NCBI GenBank assembly: GCA_036723975.1 | Contig: DAIMGJ010000006.1 | Span: 35,944-99,943 of the forward strand | DNA length: 64,000 bases | From: Lachnospiraceae bacterium | Lineage (GTDB): Bacteria > Bacillota > Clostridia > Lachnospirales > Lachnospiraceae | Direction: 5' to 3' | Shown here: one piece after another, positions 38,909-49,154 of the stretch | Numbering within the stretch: position 1 is the first letter of the stretch | Layout of the letters: each line of letters opens with the position of its first letter | Translations under genes and position numbers: made by a program | Notes under the pieces: generated by a model | What the model was told of the DNA's origin: nothing | Databases searched by the model: none | What the model saw: only the letters and a program-made list of their open reading frames with translations

Positions 38909-39703
38909 GTGGATATAGCGTCATTAGCAGGTATTGGCCTGGGTGTTGTCATGGTCGTATTCGGTATCGTTTCTTCCGGTGGTGTTGCGGCACTCGGAAA
39001 CTTTGTCGATATCCCTTCCGTTATCATTACAATCGGAGGTTCTTTGGCATCAACTTTGGGCTCTAATAAAATGCCTGACTTCATTAATGGTTTAAAAGGT
39101 ATGGGTATTTCAATCAAGGAACCACCCGATACTGATCCGACAGCGGTTATTAAAACCATTATCGATATGTCAAACATCTCTCGTAAAGAGGGTTTGCTTG
39201 CGTTGGAAGAACAAGCAAACAATATCGAAGACGAATTCTTAAAAAAAGGAATTATGCTGGTAGTAGACGGTACGGATGCGGATTTGGTTCGTGCCATCTT
39301 AGAGACGGATTTGGATAATATGGAAGCCCGACACAAAACCGTTATTTCATTTTGGGAAAAATGGGGTGAAATGGGTCCTGCGTGGGGGATGATCGGTACC
39401 TTGGTAGGTCTTGTTAACATGCTTAAGAACTTGTCAGACTTCTCAACCATCGGACCGAACATGGCGGTAGCTTTGCTTACCACACTTTATGGTTCTTTGA
39501 TTGCAAACTGGCTGACAGGTCCGACCGCTGCAAAACTGGCGGTTGATAATGCACTTGAAATTCAGGTGCGTACAGTTGCCGTAGAGGGATTATTATCGAT
39601 ACAGGCAGGTGAAAACCCTCGCGTTATTGAGGAAAAACTTAAGACATTCTTGCCTCCGAGTGCACGTAATTCTGTTGGAGAGGATGCTGGAGGTGAAGGT
39701 TAA
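38909..39703 (+). CDS. motA: flagellar stator protein MotA
   Basis: GTG start after GGGGTGAG. 4 TM, MotA/TolQ/ExbB channel motif GPAWGMIGTLVGLV...ALLTTLYG. Confidence 0.93.
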   Translation: MDIASLAGIGLGVVMVVFGIVSSGGVAALGNFVDIPSVIITIGGSLASTLGSNKMPDFINGLKGMGISIKEPPDTDPTAVIKTIIDMSNISRKEGLLALEEQANNIEDEFLKKGIMLVVDGTDADLVRAILETDLDNMEARHKTVISFWEKWGEMGPAWGMIGTLVGLVNMLKNLSDFSTIGPNMAVALLTTLYGSLIANWLTGPTAAKLAVDNALEIQVRTVAVEGLLSIQAGENPRVIEEKLKTFLPPSARNSVGEDAGGEG

Positions 39704-40587
39704 TGGGTAAACCAAAACAGGAAGACCCGCCAAAAGGCTCCCCTGCATGGATGGCCACATTCTCTGACTTGATGAATCTGCTTCTTTGTTTTTTCGTGCT
39801 TTTGTTCTCTATGTCATCTGTAGATGCGGCAAAGTACGAGCAGGTTGTTCAGTCATTGCATCAGGCATTTTCGATTTTGCCTTCCAGCGGTGGCGGCGGT
39901 TCCACAGTGACTCAGGGTATGATGGTGTCATCCGGTATTACGCAACTTCCGAACTACACTGATTTCTTCGGTGATTCCTTATCCCGTGGAGATGGAGAGG
40001 ATGAAATCAATGCCGGGGAAACGGATGATGATAAATCTGCTATGGAGACTTTGGAAGAAGCTGTTGCGGAAGCCCAGGCATCAGCCTTAGAGGACTATGA
40101 ACAGCAACAGTTAAACGAATCCGAGCAAATGGCAGAAAAAATCGAGGCTTTAGCCACACAGTATGGCATTCAGGATCAAATTGAAGTGGATTTCAACGGA
40201 CAGTATGTTCGCATTACATTAAACGGCTCTCTGCTTTTTGAATCCGGTTCTGCGGAGCTTGTTCCGGATGCATTGCCTTTGGTGGAAAAAGTATCAAAGC
40301 TTTTGAATATTTATACTGCCAACGTGATTGATGTGGAAGGTTATACGGATAATGTTCCGATTCGTTCCGCCAAATACGAGGACAACGATGTTTTGTCCAT
40401 GTATCGAGCGTTATATGTTGCAAATCGCATTCGCGAATATGCCACGGATGTAAATCCTGCAAATATTGTCTCTACAGGACGCGGTTCCTACAATCCGGTT
40501 GCGGACAACTCTACACCGGAGGGCAGAGCCAGAAACCGTAGAGTAGAGATAAAGATTTATAACTCATACAATTCAAACGTAGATTAA
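39703..40587 (+). CDS. motB: flagellar stator protein MotB (OmpA-like C-domain)
   Basis: AWMATFSDLMNLLLCFFVLL plug/TM with the conserved Asp. C-terminal OmpA domain GYTDNVP...NRRVEI. TAATG overlap with motA. Confidence 0.93.
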   Translation: MGKPKQEDPPKGSPAWMATFSDLMNLLLCFFVLLFSMSSVDAAKYEQVVQSLHQAFSILPSSGGGGSTVTQGMMVSSGITQLPNYTDFFGDSLSRGDGEDEINAGETDDDKSAMETLEEAVAEAQASALEDYEQQQLNESEQMAEKIEALATQYGIQDQIEVDFNGQYVRITLNGSLLFESGSAELVPDALPLVEKVSKLLNIYTANVIDVEGYTDNVPIRSAKYEDNDVLSMYRALYVANRIREYATDVNPANIVSTGRGSYNPVADNSTPEGRARNRRVEIKIYNSYNSNVD

Positions 40588-40600
40588 TGAGGAGATGAAC

Positions 40601-41128
40601 ATGAAAAAGAATTTAATGACGGTTATTACCATGGTTCTTTGCCTGGTTAACTTAATTCTTACCGCTGTTGTGGTTTTTGCGGTTGTCCCGGAGATTAATA
40701 ATGTAAACTCCTTGATTGCCAAGGTTTCTGAGGCAATTGAGTTGGATGTTAAGACCGGTTCCGATGCGGACGGTGCTTCTACCGTAAGTATTGATAATCA
40801 GTCTTTATATAAGGTTAATGCCGGTGAAAGCATGAATATTAACTTAAAGGATAGTGCTGATGGTTCTTCACATGTTGCTGTAGTGAAAGTTACCGTAACC
40901 ATGAATGCTACCAGTGAAAAGTATGCGAATTACGGCGGAGAAAACAGCGGTAATTATGACGATGTTTATAAATCCTTTATCATGCAAGAAATATCAAAAT
41001 ACACAATGGAAGATCTGAAAGAGAATAAAACATTGGGTCAAGATGAAATTCGAGATGATTTGAACAGTCATTTTGGAGATAGTTCATTTATTATTTCCGT
41101 AGATTATCCGGAGATTATGTATCAGTAA
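40601..41128 (+). CDS. fliL: FliL-like flagellar basal body-associated protein
   Basis: N-terminal TM plus a periplasmic-type domain. Position motB-fliL-fliM. Weak sequence signature. Confidence 0.6.
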   Translation: MKKNLMTVITMVLCLVNLILTAVVVFAVVPEINNVNSLIAKVSEAIELDVKTGSDADGASTVSIDNQSLYKVNAGESMNINLKDSADGSSHVAVVKVTVTMNATSEKYANYGGENSGNYDDVYKSFIMQEISKYTMEDLKENKTLGQDEIRDDLNSHFGDSSFIISVDYPEIMYQ

Positions 41129-41165
41129 AACTTAAAAAAATACTCAAAAAAGGAGGTGAGGATGA

Positions 41166-42155
41166 ATGAGTGACGTACTCTCGCAAAACGAGATCGACAA
41201 CCTGCTGAAAGCATTGTCAAGCGGTGAAGTCGATGTTAACGAAATGAAAAAGTCGAATGAAGTCCAGGTTAAAGAGTACGATTTCGCCCGTCCATCCAAG
41301 TTCTCCAAAGAACACCTTCGAACCTTAGAGATTATATACGACAACTACGGTCGATTGCTTTCCACCAACCTTCCGATTTATTTACGAAAGAATATTCAGG
41401 TGGAAGTGATGAACTCCGAAGCCGTTACCTATATGGAGTTTTCCAATGCGCTATCGAATCCGGTTCTTTTGGGAATCATTGATTTTGAACCGCTAAAGGG
41501 AAATATCATTATGGAGATGGCCACCAAGCTGGGATATGCTATTATCGATCGTATGCTTGGAGGAGAAGGAGAACCTCTCGAAAAAACAAGAGAGTTTTCC
41601 GAGATAGAGCTTTTGATTATCGAACGCGTCATGACGAGCTGTGTTGAACTGATGCGTGAGCCTTGGGAAAACGTTTTGGACATAAACCCGAGACTCCAAA
41701 GAATTGAGACAAATCCTCAGTTCGCTCAGATTATTCAGCCTTCTGAAATGATTGCAATTGTTACGATAAACATTAAAATAGGAGATGTGGAAGGTCTTAT
41801 TAACCTTTGTCTTCCCTATTTGACGTTAGAGCCTGTTATGGACAAATTAAATACCAAGTTCTGGTATTCCAACATGCAGGATTCCGATGGTGAAACCTAT
41901 TCCGATGATATTGAATCTTTGATTTCAAAGGCTATGGTTCCGGTTACTACGGTATTGGGCCATTCTTCCATCAATGTTTCGGATTTTATGTCCATTCAAC
42001 CCGGTGATATTATTCGATTGGATACTAAGGTTGACGATGAATTGGATGTTTATGTAGGGGATATTAAGAAGTTTACGGCTTTGCCGGGTTCCTCCGGTAA
42101 AAAGTATGCCGTTCGACTTACTTCAGTAATAAGAGAGGAGCAGGAGGATGGGTGA
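41166..42155 (+). CDS. fliM: flagellar motor switch protein FliM
   Basis: N-terminal CheY-P binding peptide LSQNEIDNLL. FliM middle domain and C-terminal SpoA/FliN-like domain. Confidence 0.96.
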   Translation: MSDVLSQNEIDNLLKALSSGEVDVNEMKKSNEVQVKEYDFARPSKFSKEHLRTLEIIYDNYGRLLSTNLPIYLRKNIQVEVMNSEAVTYMEFSNALSNPVLLGIIDFEPLKGNIIMEMATKLGYAIIDRMLGGEGEPLEKTREFSEIELLIIERVMTSCVELMREPWENVLDINPRLQRIETNPQFAQIIQPSEMIAIVTINIKIGDVEGLINLCLPYLTLEPVMDKLNTKFWYSNMQDSDGETYSDDIESLISKAMVPVTTVLGHSSINVSDFMSIQPGDIIRLDTKVDDELDVYVGDIKKFTALPGSSGKKYAVRLTSVIREEQEDG

Positions 42156-43332
42156 TACATCGCTATCTCAGGAAGAGATCAACGCCCTGTTCAATAATGC
42201 CGCGACTTTAGATGCCGGCGGTGGGGAACCTTCGGGCGGAGGTGACTCAGGAGATGGGTTAACAGATTTGGAAAAGGATACCATAGGAGAAGTTGCCAAT
42301 ATTTCTATGGGAACAGCGGCAACAACATTATTCTCTTTGGTAAACAAGCGGGTGGAGATTTCTACACCTGTTGTTTCTGTTTCAACCTGGAATGATATAA
42401 TGACACAATACGAAAAGCCTTGTGTCCTGGTTAAAATTGGATATACCAAAGGTTTAAACGGCTCCAATGTACTTGTACTTCGTGAAGACGATGTGAAAAT
42501 TATTACCGATCTTATGATGGGTGGTGATGGCACAAATACAGACGGTGAAATCGGTGAACTTCACTTATCAGCGATTTCGGAAGCCATGAATCAGATGATG
42601 GGGTCTTCTGCAACTTCGTTGTCATCTATGCTAAACATGATGGTGGATATTTCTCCGCCGACAAGTGATTTGGTAAATATGAACGATGATGATGTGAGTC
42701 AGTTGGATGATTTCCTTCGCGGTTCCTTCGTTCGAATCGAATTTAAACTATTAATCGGAGAGTTGGTTGATTCCAAAATAATGCAGCTTTATCCGATTGA
42801 TTTAGCAAAGAGCATGTGTTCCAACGTGGTTTCCAATATGGAAAGTGATTCGGCTTCCACTGTGGATGACGATGCATTTGGTGCATCTTCTGCAGAACCG
42901 GCACCTGCACCTGCACCGGCTGCAACTGAACCGGCACCTGCACCTGCACCTGCGCCTGCGCCTGCACCGACTGCAGCACCTGCCGGAGGAGCAGCACCGC
43001 CGCCAATGCCTATGATGCAGGCAGCACCACAACAGCCGGTAAATGTTTCGGCTGCTCAGTTTTCACCTTTTGCAGGTGGATTTCCGATGGCCGGGGCTCC
43101 GGAAAACATCGATTTAATTATGGATGTTCCGCTGGAGGTAACGGTTGAACTGGGAAGAACACATAAATCTATTCATGACATTCTTGACTTTGCGCCAGGA
43201 ACTATTATAGAATTAAATAAAATTGCAGGTGAACCGATTGATGTTCTGGTTAACGGTAAATATGTCGCAAAAGGCGAAGTAGTTGTTATCGAAGAATCAT
43301 TTGGTATACGAATTACAGAGATTATGAAATAA
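42148..43332 (+). CDS. fliY: flagellar motor switch phosphatase FliY (CheC-like + FliN domains)
   Basis: LSQEEINALF N-peptide. CheC-like motifs EKDTIGEVANISMGTAAT and LSAISEAMNQMMGS. Ala-Pro linker. C-terminal FliN domain VELGRTHKSI...INGKYVAKGEVVV. Confidence 0.93.
   Translation: MGDTSLSQEEINALFNNAATLDAGGGEPSGGGDSGDGLTDLEKDTIGEVANISMGTAATTLFSLVNKRVEISTPVVSVSTWNDIMTQYEKPCVLVKIGYTKGLNGSNVLVLREDDVKIITDLMMGGDGTNTDGEIGELHLSAISEAMNQMMGSSATSLSSMLNMMVDISPPTSDLVNMNDDDVSQLDDFLRGSFVRIEFKLLIGELVDSKIMQLYPIDLAKSMCSNVVSNMESDSASTVDDDAFGASSAEPAPAPAPAATEPAPAPAPAPAPAPTAAPAGGAAPPPMPMMQAAPQQPVNVSAAQFSPFAGGFPMAGAPENIDLIMDVPLEVTVELGRTHKSIHDILDFAPGTIIELNKIAGEPIDVLVNGKYVAKGEVVVIEESFGIRITEIMK
42901..42969 (+). repeat. 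GCACCT/GCGCCT hexanucleotide repeat tracts encoding (Ala-Pro)n in fliY
   Basis: 3 units (42901-42918) and 6 units (42934-42969) separated by 15 nt. Confidence 0.85.
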
Positions 43333-43346
43333 AGGGAGATGGTAAA

Positions 43347-43709
43347 ATGGCAAAGAATATTCTTATTTGTGATGATGCAGCTTTCATGAGAATGATGATT
43401 AAGGACATTCTTACAAAGAATGGCTACAATGTTGTTGGAGAAGCTGAAAATGGTGTTAAGGCTATTGAGGCTTATACGGAGTGTAATCCTGATCTTGTTC
43501 TTATGGATATTACCATGCCGGAGATGGATGGTATCGGTGCATTAAAGGGCATTAAAGAAAAAGACCCGAATGCCGCAGTTATTATGTGTTCAGCAATGGG
43601 ACAGCAGGCAATGGTTATTGAAGCCATCCAGTCAGGAGCAAAAGATTTTATCGTTAAGCCGTTCCAAGCAGAACGAGTTCTTGAAGCGGTAAAGAAGGTT
43701 ATCGGCTAA
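43347..43709 (+). CDS. cheY: chemotaxis response regulator CheY
   Basis: 120 aa, DDAAFMR, phospho-acceptor in LVLMDITMPEMDG, KPF near the C-terminus. Confidence 0.96.
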   Translation: MAKNILICDDAAFMRMMIKDILTKNGYNVVGEAENGVKAIEAYTECNPDLVLMDITMPEMDGIGALKGIKEKDPNAAVIMCSAMGQQAMVIEAIQSGAKDFIVKPFQAERVLEAVKKVIG

Positions 43710-43710
43710 G

Positions 43711-44079
43711 ATGTTTTTGACATCCCTTGGAGGCAGTATATACCAGTTTGTTGTAGTTTTGGTAATCTTTATCGGAATCCTTGTTTTAACCGGATTTGCG
43801 ACAAAGTGGATTGCAACCTATATGCACAACCAAAACTTCAATTCAAACTCCAATTTTTGTGTGACGGATTCATTGAACATGGGTCCGAATCATAAGCTTT
43901 TACTTGTAAAAGTGGGCAAGAATAAATACTTTGTTATAGGGGTTGGAAAGGAAAGTATTTCTAAAATCGGCGAGCTTTCCGAAGAAGATTTGGTAGAGCG
44001 CTCAAACAGCACATCTACCAATCGCAGCTTCGAATCCATCCTTAACAAATTCCATATGAACGATAAAAGTGCAGAATAA
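43711..44079 (+). CDS. flagellar biosynthesis protein FliO/FliZ
   Basis: 122 aa with a single N-terminal TM. Immediately upstream of fliP and overlapping it. Confidence 0.7.
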   Translation: MFLTSLGGSIYQFVVVLVIFIGILVLTGFATKWIATYMHNQNFNSNSNFCVTDSLNMGPNHKLLLVKVGKNKYFVIGVGKESISKIGELSEEDLVERSNSTSTNRSFESILNKFHMNDKSAE

Positions 44080-44080
44080 G

Positions 44081-44899
44081 ATGAAGAAGTTTAAAAAATT
44101 ATATTGCAAAATCAGTGTATTATTTGCGATTCTTTGTGTTTCTTTCACTCTTGCGCTGGCATATGTTCATCCGGTTTATGCAACTGAATACGGACCAACA
44201 GACAGTGCTGTGAATGCCTCTGATACAAACACCGGTGGAAATGGGTTTTCATTAACCTTTGACGGGGATATGGGATCTTTATCTTCCACGGTGGAAATTT
44301 TACTTGTACTTACGGTATTGGCATTGGCACCTACGATTCTGATTATGTTTACCTCATTTACTCGTATTATTGTGGTATTGCATTTTATCCGAGTTGCAGT
44401 TGGTACTCAAAGTTCTCCGCCAAACCAAGTAATGATTGGTTTGGCACTTTTTCTGACATTATTTATTATGTGGCCGACGATTACGGCTATCAACGAGAAC
44501 GCGATTCAGCCTTTGGATGAAGGTACAATTACGCAGGAAGAAGCCTTAGAACAGATTGAAATTCCTATCCGTGATTTCATGTATGGACAGACAATGACGA
44601 AAGATCTGGCCTTGTTTGTGGATATCTCAGGAGAGACCTATGATGATTATCATGATGTTCCACTTACGATTTTGGTACCGAGTTTTATTATCAGTGAACT
44701 TCGTACCGCATTTATTATTGGATTTTTAATTTATATTCCGTTTATTATTATTGATATGGTGGTTGCTTCAGTGCTTATGTCAATGGGTATGATGATGCTG
44801 CCGCCCACAACGATTTCCCTTCCGTTTAAGATACTTTTGTTTGTATTGGCAGATGGTTGGAATCTTGTAATCGGAAGCCTGGTAAAAACATTCTATTAG
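44081..44899 (+). CDS. fliP: flagellar export apparatus protein FliP
   Basis: Signal peptide, then the conserved FTRIIVVLHFIR and PFKILLFVLADGW motifs. An alternative GTG start lies at 44069. Confidence 0.96.
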   Translation: MKKFKKLYCKISVLFAILCVSFTLALAYVHPVYATEYGPTDSAVNASDTNTGGNGFSLTFDGDMGSLSSTVEILLVLTVLALAPTILIMFTSFTRIIVVLHFIRVAVGTQSSPPNQVMIGLALFLTLFIMWPTITAINENAIQPLDEGTITQEEALEQIEIPIRDFMYGQTMTKDLALFVDISGETYDDYHDVPLTILVPSFIISELRTAFIIGFLIYIPFIIIDMVVASVLMSMGMMMLPPTTISLPFKILLFVLADGWNLVIGSLVKTFY

Positions 44900-44910
44900 A
44901 GGAAAGAATT

Positions 44911-45180
44911 ATGACAGAAGGACAAGTGTTGGATATCATGCGTGATGCATTTTATACCATGATTATATGTGCAGCGCCCATGCTTTTGGTTTCCCTGGTA
45001 GTGGGGCTTGCTGTTAGTATTTTTCAGACGGTTACGTCCATTCAGGAACAAACACTCACCTTTATTCCAAAAATCATTTCCACCTTTTTGGCTTTGATTG
45101 TTTTTGGCTCCTTTATTATGAACACTCTTTTGGAGTTTATCGAAAGACTGTGGACGAATTTTTCAATCTACATTAGATAG
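44911..45180 (+). CDS. fliQ: flagellar export apparatus protein FliQ
   Basis: 89 aa, two TM, AAPMLLVSLVVGLAVSIFQTVTSIQEQTLTFIPK. Confidence 0.95.
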   Translation: MTEGQVLDIMRDAFYTMIICAAPMLLVSLVVGLAVSIFQTVTSIQEQTLTFIPKIISTFLALIVFGSFIMNTLLEFIERLWTNFSIYIR

Positions 45181-45182
45181 TT

Positions 45183-45959
45183 ATGGATTTTACCTATTCT
45201 TTAGTTGATTTTGAATATTTTTTATTGATTTTAGTAAGACTGGCCACTTTCTTTTTTGTGGCACCTTTGTTCAGTGACCGTGGTATTCCCGGGCAGGCGA
45301 AGATTGGAATCAGTTGTCTTATTGCTTTGATGGTCATGTACTCCATAAAACCAACAGAGGTAGCTTATATTTCAACATTGGGATATTCCGTTTTGGTTTT
45401 AAAAGAAGCCATTACCGGACTTTTAATTGGATTTTCCGCTTATATTTGTAATTCCATTATATTGTTTGCCGGCAACATCATTGACGTGGATATAGGTGTT
45501 TCTATGGCTCAGGAATACGATCCCACACTTAATACGCAGGTTACCATTACTGGTAACCTATATTATTATTTTATGTTGCTTTTTTTCATTATCACAAATA
45601 TGTACCAGTTTGTGATTCGAGCTGTGGTAGATTCATTTACACTCATTCCTTTAGGCGGCATGGAGATAGAGCCGGATTATATGATTACACTGATGGCAAC
45701 ATACATTACCAATGTATTTGTGATAGGATTTCGCATATTTTTGCCTATATTTGCAACTATGTTAATTATGAACTGTGTACTTGGAATTATGGCAAAAGTT
45801 GCACAGCAGATGAATATGTTTTCCGTGGGTATTCAAATCAAGATATTGGCAGGATTATCTGTTTTATATGTTATGATTTTCCTGTTCCCGGAAATCTGCA
45901 GTTATATATTCAACGAAATGAGCTTTATGATGAGAAATATGGTGGAAGGAATGCATTAA
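45183..45959 (+). CDS. fliR: flagellar export apparatus protein FliR
   Basis: 258 aa polytopic membrane protein. Position fliQ-fliR-flhB. Confidence 0.92.
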   Translation: MDFTYSLVDFEYFLLILVRLATFFFVAPLFSDRGIPGQAKIGISCLIALMVMYSIKPTEVAYISTLGYSVLVLKEAITGLLIGFSAYICNSIILFAGNIIDVDIGVSMAQEYDPTLNTQVTITGNLYYYFMLLFFIITNMYQFVIRAVVDSFTLIPLGGMEIEPDYMITLMATYITNVFVIGFRIFLPIFATMLIMNCVLGIMAKVAQQMNMFSVGIQIKILAGLSVLYVMIFLFPEICSYIFNEMSFMMRNMVEGMH

Positions 45960-45961
45960 GT

Positions 45962-47077
45962 TTGGATACCGAATTTCTTTTAAGATATGATCTCCAGTTT
46001 TTTGGAGATGATAAAACCGAAGAACCCACCAGCAAAAAGCTTGAAGACGCACGAAAAAAAGGCCAGGTTGGAAAGAGTCAGGAATTGGCTCATGCTATTG
46101 AGTTAATTGCTGCATTTCTTACCATTCGTTTTACGGTTGGTTTCTTGACTAACCATTTTAAGGATTTGTTTACGTGGGCTTATACCTATATGATTCCGCA
46201 ACTTGTAAAATCCGATGGGAGTGGACTTACGGTGGAAAGCGTTATTCAGCTTCAACTGTACGGAATTTTACAGATGTTTATTATTTTGGCTCCTTTTTTG
46301 GCCATTGGTTTTTTGGTTGCGGTTTTGGGAAACGGATTGCAGTTTAAGTTTCAGGTATCCACCGAGCCTTTGAAACCGAAGCTCGATAAGTTTAATCCCA
46401 TAAACGGATTTAAACGAATGTTTTCGCTTCAGTCATTAATGAATCTTGCTCTTTCTTTAGCTAAGATCCTGATTATATTTTTTGTGGCATATACCATGAT
46501 TCGTGACCATATGAATGAATTGTTTATTTTATATGAAGTCCCGTTATATGCCGCAGTGGCTCAAACCGGAACGTTGGTTTTGGATATCGGCCTTAGAATC
46601 AGCTTAATCTATTTGATTGTTGGTTTTGTTGATTTTTTTTATCACAAATGGAAGCATAAAAAAGATTTAAAGATGACCAAGCAGGAAGTTAAGGACGAGT
46701 ACAAGAACTCCGAAGGAGATCCTTTGATTAAAGGTAAGCAGCGTCAAAGAATGCGTGAAGCATCTCAACGACGTATGATGCAATCGGTTCCGAAAGCGGA
46801 TGTGGTTATCACGAACCCGACCCATATCGCGGTTGCCATAAAATATGATGCCGCAGAGGCACCTGCGCCAATCGTCCTTGCAAAAGGAGAAGAGTATATG
46901 GCCCAGCGAATTAAAGATGCGGCAAAAGAACATCATATTACAATTGTTGAAAATAAGCCATTGGCCAGATCCATTTATACCACGGTTGATGTGGGTGGTC
47001 AGATTCCGCCGGAATTATATCAGGCGGTTGCTGAAATTTTGGCGGTTGTATACCAGTCTAAGGGAAAAACCGTATAA
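45962..47077 (+). CDS. flhB: flagellar export switch protein FlhB
   Basis: TTG start. DLQFFGDDKTEEPTSKKLEDARKKGQV N-terminus. NPTH autocleavage site (VITNPTHIAVAI). Confidence 0.96.
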   Translation: MDTEFLLRYDLQFFGDDKTEEPTSKKLEDARKKGQVGKSQELAHAIELIAAFLTIRFTVGFLTNHFKDLFTWAYTYMIPQLVKSDGSGLTVESVIQLQLYGILQMFIILAPFLAIGFLVAVLGNGLQFKFQVSTEPLKPKLDKFNPINGFKRMFSLQSLMNLALSLAKILIIFFVAYTMIRDHMNELFILYEVPLYAAVAQTGTLVLDIGLRISLIYLIVGFVDFFYHKWKHKKDLKMTKQEVKDEYKNSEGDPLIKGKQRQRMREASQRRMMQSVPKADVVITNPTHIAVAIKYDAAEAPAPIVLAKGEEYMAQRIKDAAKEHHITIVENKPLARSIYTTVDVGGQIPPELYQAVAEILAVVYQSKGKTV

Positions 47078-47107
47078 TAATATTTGATTAGAAAGGAGGG
47101 GAATCGT

Positions 47108-49153
47108 ATGGAATTTGCTGTAAAACGTACAGATGTTGGCGTTGCAGGATATTTGTTGGCTGCGATTGTATTCTTTATTATTCCGATTCCCGCTTTCCTT
47201 TTAGACATCATGTTGGCGTTTAATATATCCATTGCGCTAATTGTTTTGATGAACTGTCTTTTTGTTAAAGAAGTCTTGGATATGGCCAACTTCCCGACAA
47301 TTCTTTTATTTACTACGATTTTTCGTATTTCCTTAAATGTTTCATCTACCAGATTAATTCTTAATACAGGAAATCCGGGAAACGTTGTTACCACATTCGG
47401 TCAATTTGTGGGTGGCGGTGATATTATCATCGGTGCCATCGTTTTTATAATTCTTATTATTATTCAGTTTGTTGTTATCAACAAAGGTTCTGAGCGTGTA
47501 GCTGAAGTTACTGCTCGTTTTACATTGGACGCAATGCCCGGTAAACAGATGGCCATCGATGCTGACTTAAATACCGGTGCCATTACAGATGCGGAAGCTT
47601 CCGCCCAAAGACAAAAGCTTCAGGATGAATCTTCTTTCTTCGGTTCTATGGACGGTGCTACGAAGTATGTAAAAGGAGATGCTACCGCCGGACTTATCAT
47701 CACCTTCGTAAATTTAATCGGCGGAACCGTAATGGGAATTACCCGTCAGGGAATGGGAGCGGTTGATGCCATCAATCAATATGGTCTTTTAACCATTGGT
47801 GATGGTTTGTCTTCACAGATTCCGTCATTGGCGATTTCTTTAGCAACCGGTATTTTGATTACAAAAGGTGCAAAAAGCGCAGATTTCTCCGGAACACTTA
47901 TCAAACAGCTTTTTGGTGTACCGAAGGTATTATTTATCGTTGGTGCGGTTATGATGTTTTTAGGCGTGTCTACTCCGTTAAATGCTGTATTGTTCTTAAT
48001 CCTCGGCGGCGTCCTTCTTTTGGTGGGATATAATATGCAGCGCACCATTGGAGTGGAGACCATTGAAGCTGAGGTTCAAGAAGAAGAGGAAGCGGCAGAA
48101 GAAATTCGACGTCCGGAAAATGTGGTTTCCCTTTTATCTGTGGACCCTATCGAGTTGGAGTTTGGGTACGGTATTATCCCGTTAGCAGACGTAAACCAAG
48201 GTGGAGATTTGCTGGATCGTGTGGTTATGATTCGTCGTCAGATTGCCTTAGAGCTTGGTACGGTTGTGCCGATTATCCGATTACGAGACAATATTCAGTT
48301 AAACCCGAACCAGTATATTATTAAAATCAAGGGAATCCAGGTTACCGAGGGTGAAATTATGTTTGACCATTATATGGCCATGAATCCCGGATATGTGGAA
48401 GAAGAAATTACAGGTATCGAAACATTTGAGCCTTCCTTCCATTTGCCGGCGCTCTGGATTACCGAATCCCAGAGAGAGCGTGCGGAATCACTTGGATATA
48501 CCGTAGTCGATCCGCCTTCTATTATTGCCACCCATTTGACAGAAGTGATTCGAAATCACATTGCTGAACTTTTGACCCGTCAGGACGTTCAGAATCTGGT
48601 AGACAACTTAAAAGAAACCAATCCGGTCCTGGTAGACGAATTGATTCCGTCTTTACTTGGACTCGGAGAGGTTCAAAAGATTTTACAAAACCTGTTAAAA
48701 GAAGGCGTTTCCATTCGCGATTTGCTTTCCATCTTTGAAATATTGGCAGATCGTGCATCTACAACCCGTGATACGGATGTTTTAACAGAATATGTGCGTC
48801 AGGGATTGAAGCGTGCGATTTCCGGAAAATATTTTGTACCAAATGAAGAAAACTTTGTTATCACCGTGGATCCCAAAATAGAGCAGGAAATCATGGCTTC
48901 CATCAAACAAACAGAAAGCGGCGCATATCTTACATTAGACCCGCAACGTGTTCGAGCAATTATGGACGAGTGCGGAGAACAGATGAAGAAGATGGAAGAA
49001 CAGGGAAGGACACCGATTGTGGTATGTTCTCCGATTGTACGTATGTATTTTAAGAAACTTGCAGAAGATTACTTTGATGATTTAATCGTAGTATCATATA
49101 ATGAAGTTGAACCAAATGTAGAATTAAAATCGGTAGGGATGGTAACAGCATAG
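47108..49153 (+). CDS. flhA: flagellar export gate protein FlhA
   Basis: FHIPEP-family TM domain, FVVINKGSERVAEV, RFTLDAMPGKQMAIDADL. AAGGAGGGG RBS before ATG 47108. Confidence 0.97.
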   Translation: MEFAVKRTDVGVAGYLLAAIVFFIIPIPAFLLDIMLAFNISIALIVLMNCLFVKEVLDMANFPTILLFTTIFRISLNVSSTRLILNTGNPGNVVTTFGQFVGGGDIIIGAIVFIILIIIQFVVINKGSERVAEVTARFTLDAMPGKQMAIDADLNTGAITDAEASAQRQKLQDESSFFGSMDGATKYVKGDATAGLIITFVNLIGGTVMGITRQGMGAVDAINQYGLLTIGDGLSSQIPSLAISLATGILITKGAKSADFSGTLIKQLFGVPKVLFIVGAVMMFLGVSTPLNAVLFLILGGVLLLVGYNMQRTIGVETIEAEVQEEEEAAEEIRRPENVVSLLSVDPIELEFGYGIIPLADVNQGGDLLDRVVMIRRQIALELGTVVPIIRLRDNIQLNPNQYIIKIKGIQVTEGEIMFDHYMAMNPGYVEEEITGIETFEPSFHLPALWITESQRERAESLGYTVVDPPSIIATHLTEVIRNHIAELLTRQDVQNLVDNLKETNPVLVDELIPSLLGLGEVQKILQNLLKEGVSIRDLLSIFEILADRASTTRDTDVLTEYVRQGLKRAISGKYFVPNEENFVITVDPKIEQEIMASIKQTESGAYLTLDPQRVRAIMDECGEQMKKMEEQGRTPIVVCSPIVRMYFKKLAEDYFDDLIVVSYNEVEPNVELKSVGMVTA

Positions 49154-49154
49154 T

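Noticed and set aside
38824-39066. 80-aa + strand ORF upstream of and overlapping the motA start (considered as a possible flbD)
   Set aside because: It starts with a non-ATG codon in AT-rich DNA and is out of frame with motA over half its length. Its Cys/Arg-rich sequence is unlike FlbD, and it has no RBS.
38875-39483. 202-aa ORF on the minus strand
   Set aside because: It lies entirely antisense to the well-supported motA gene. It has no RBS and no recognisable motifs, so it is a shadow ORF of a coding region.
42743-43032. Two overlapping minus-strand ORFs rich in Cys/Arg or Gln/Val
   Set aside because: They are artefacts of the GC-rich (GCACCT)n Ala-Pro repeat in fliY read on the opposite strand.
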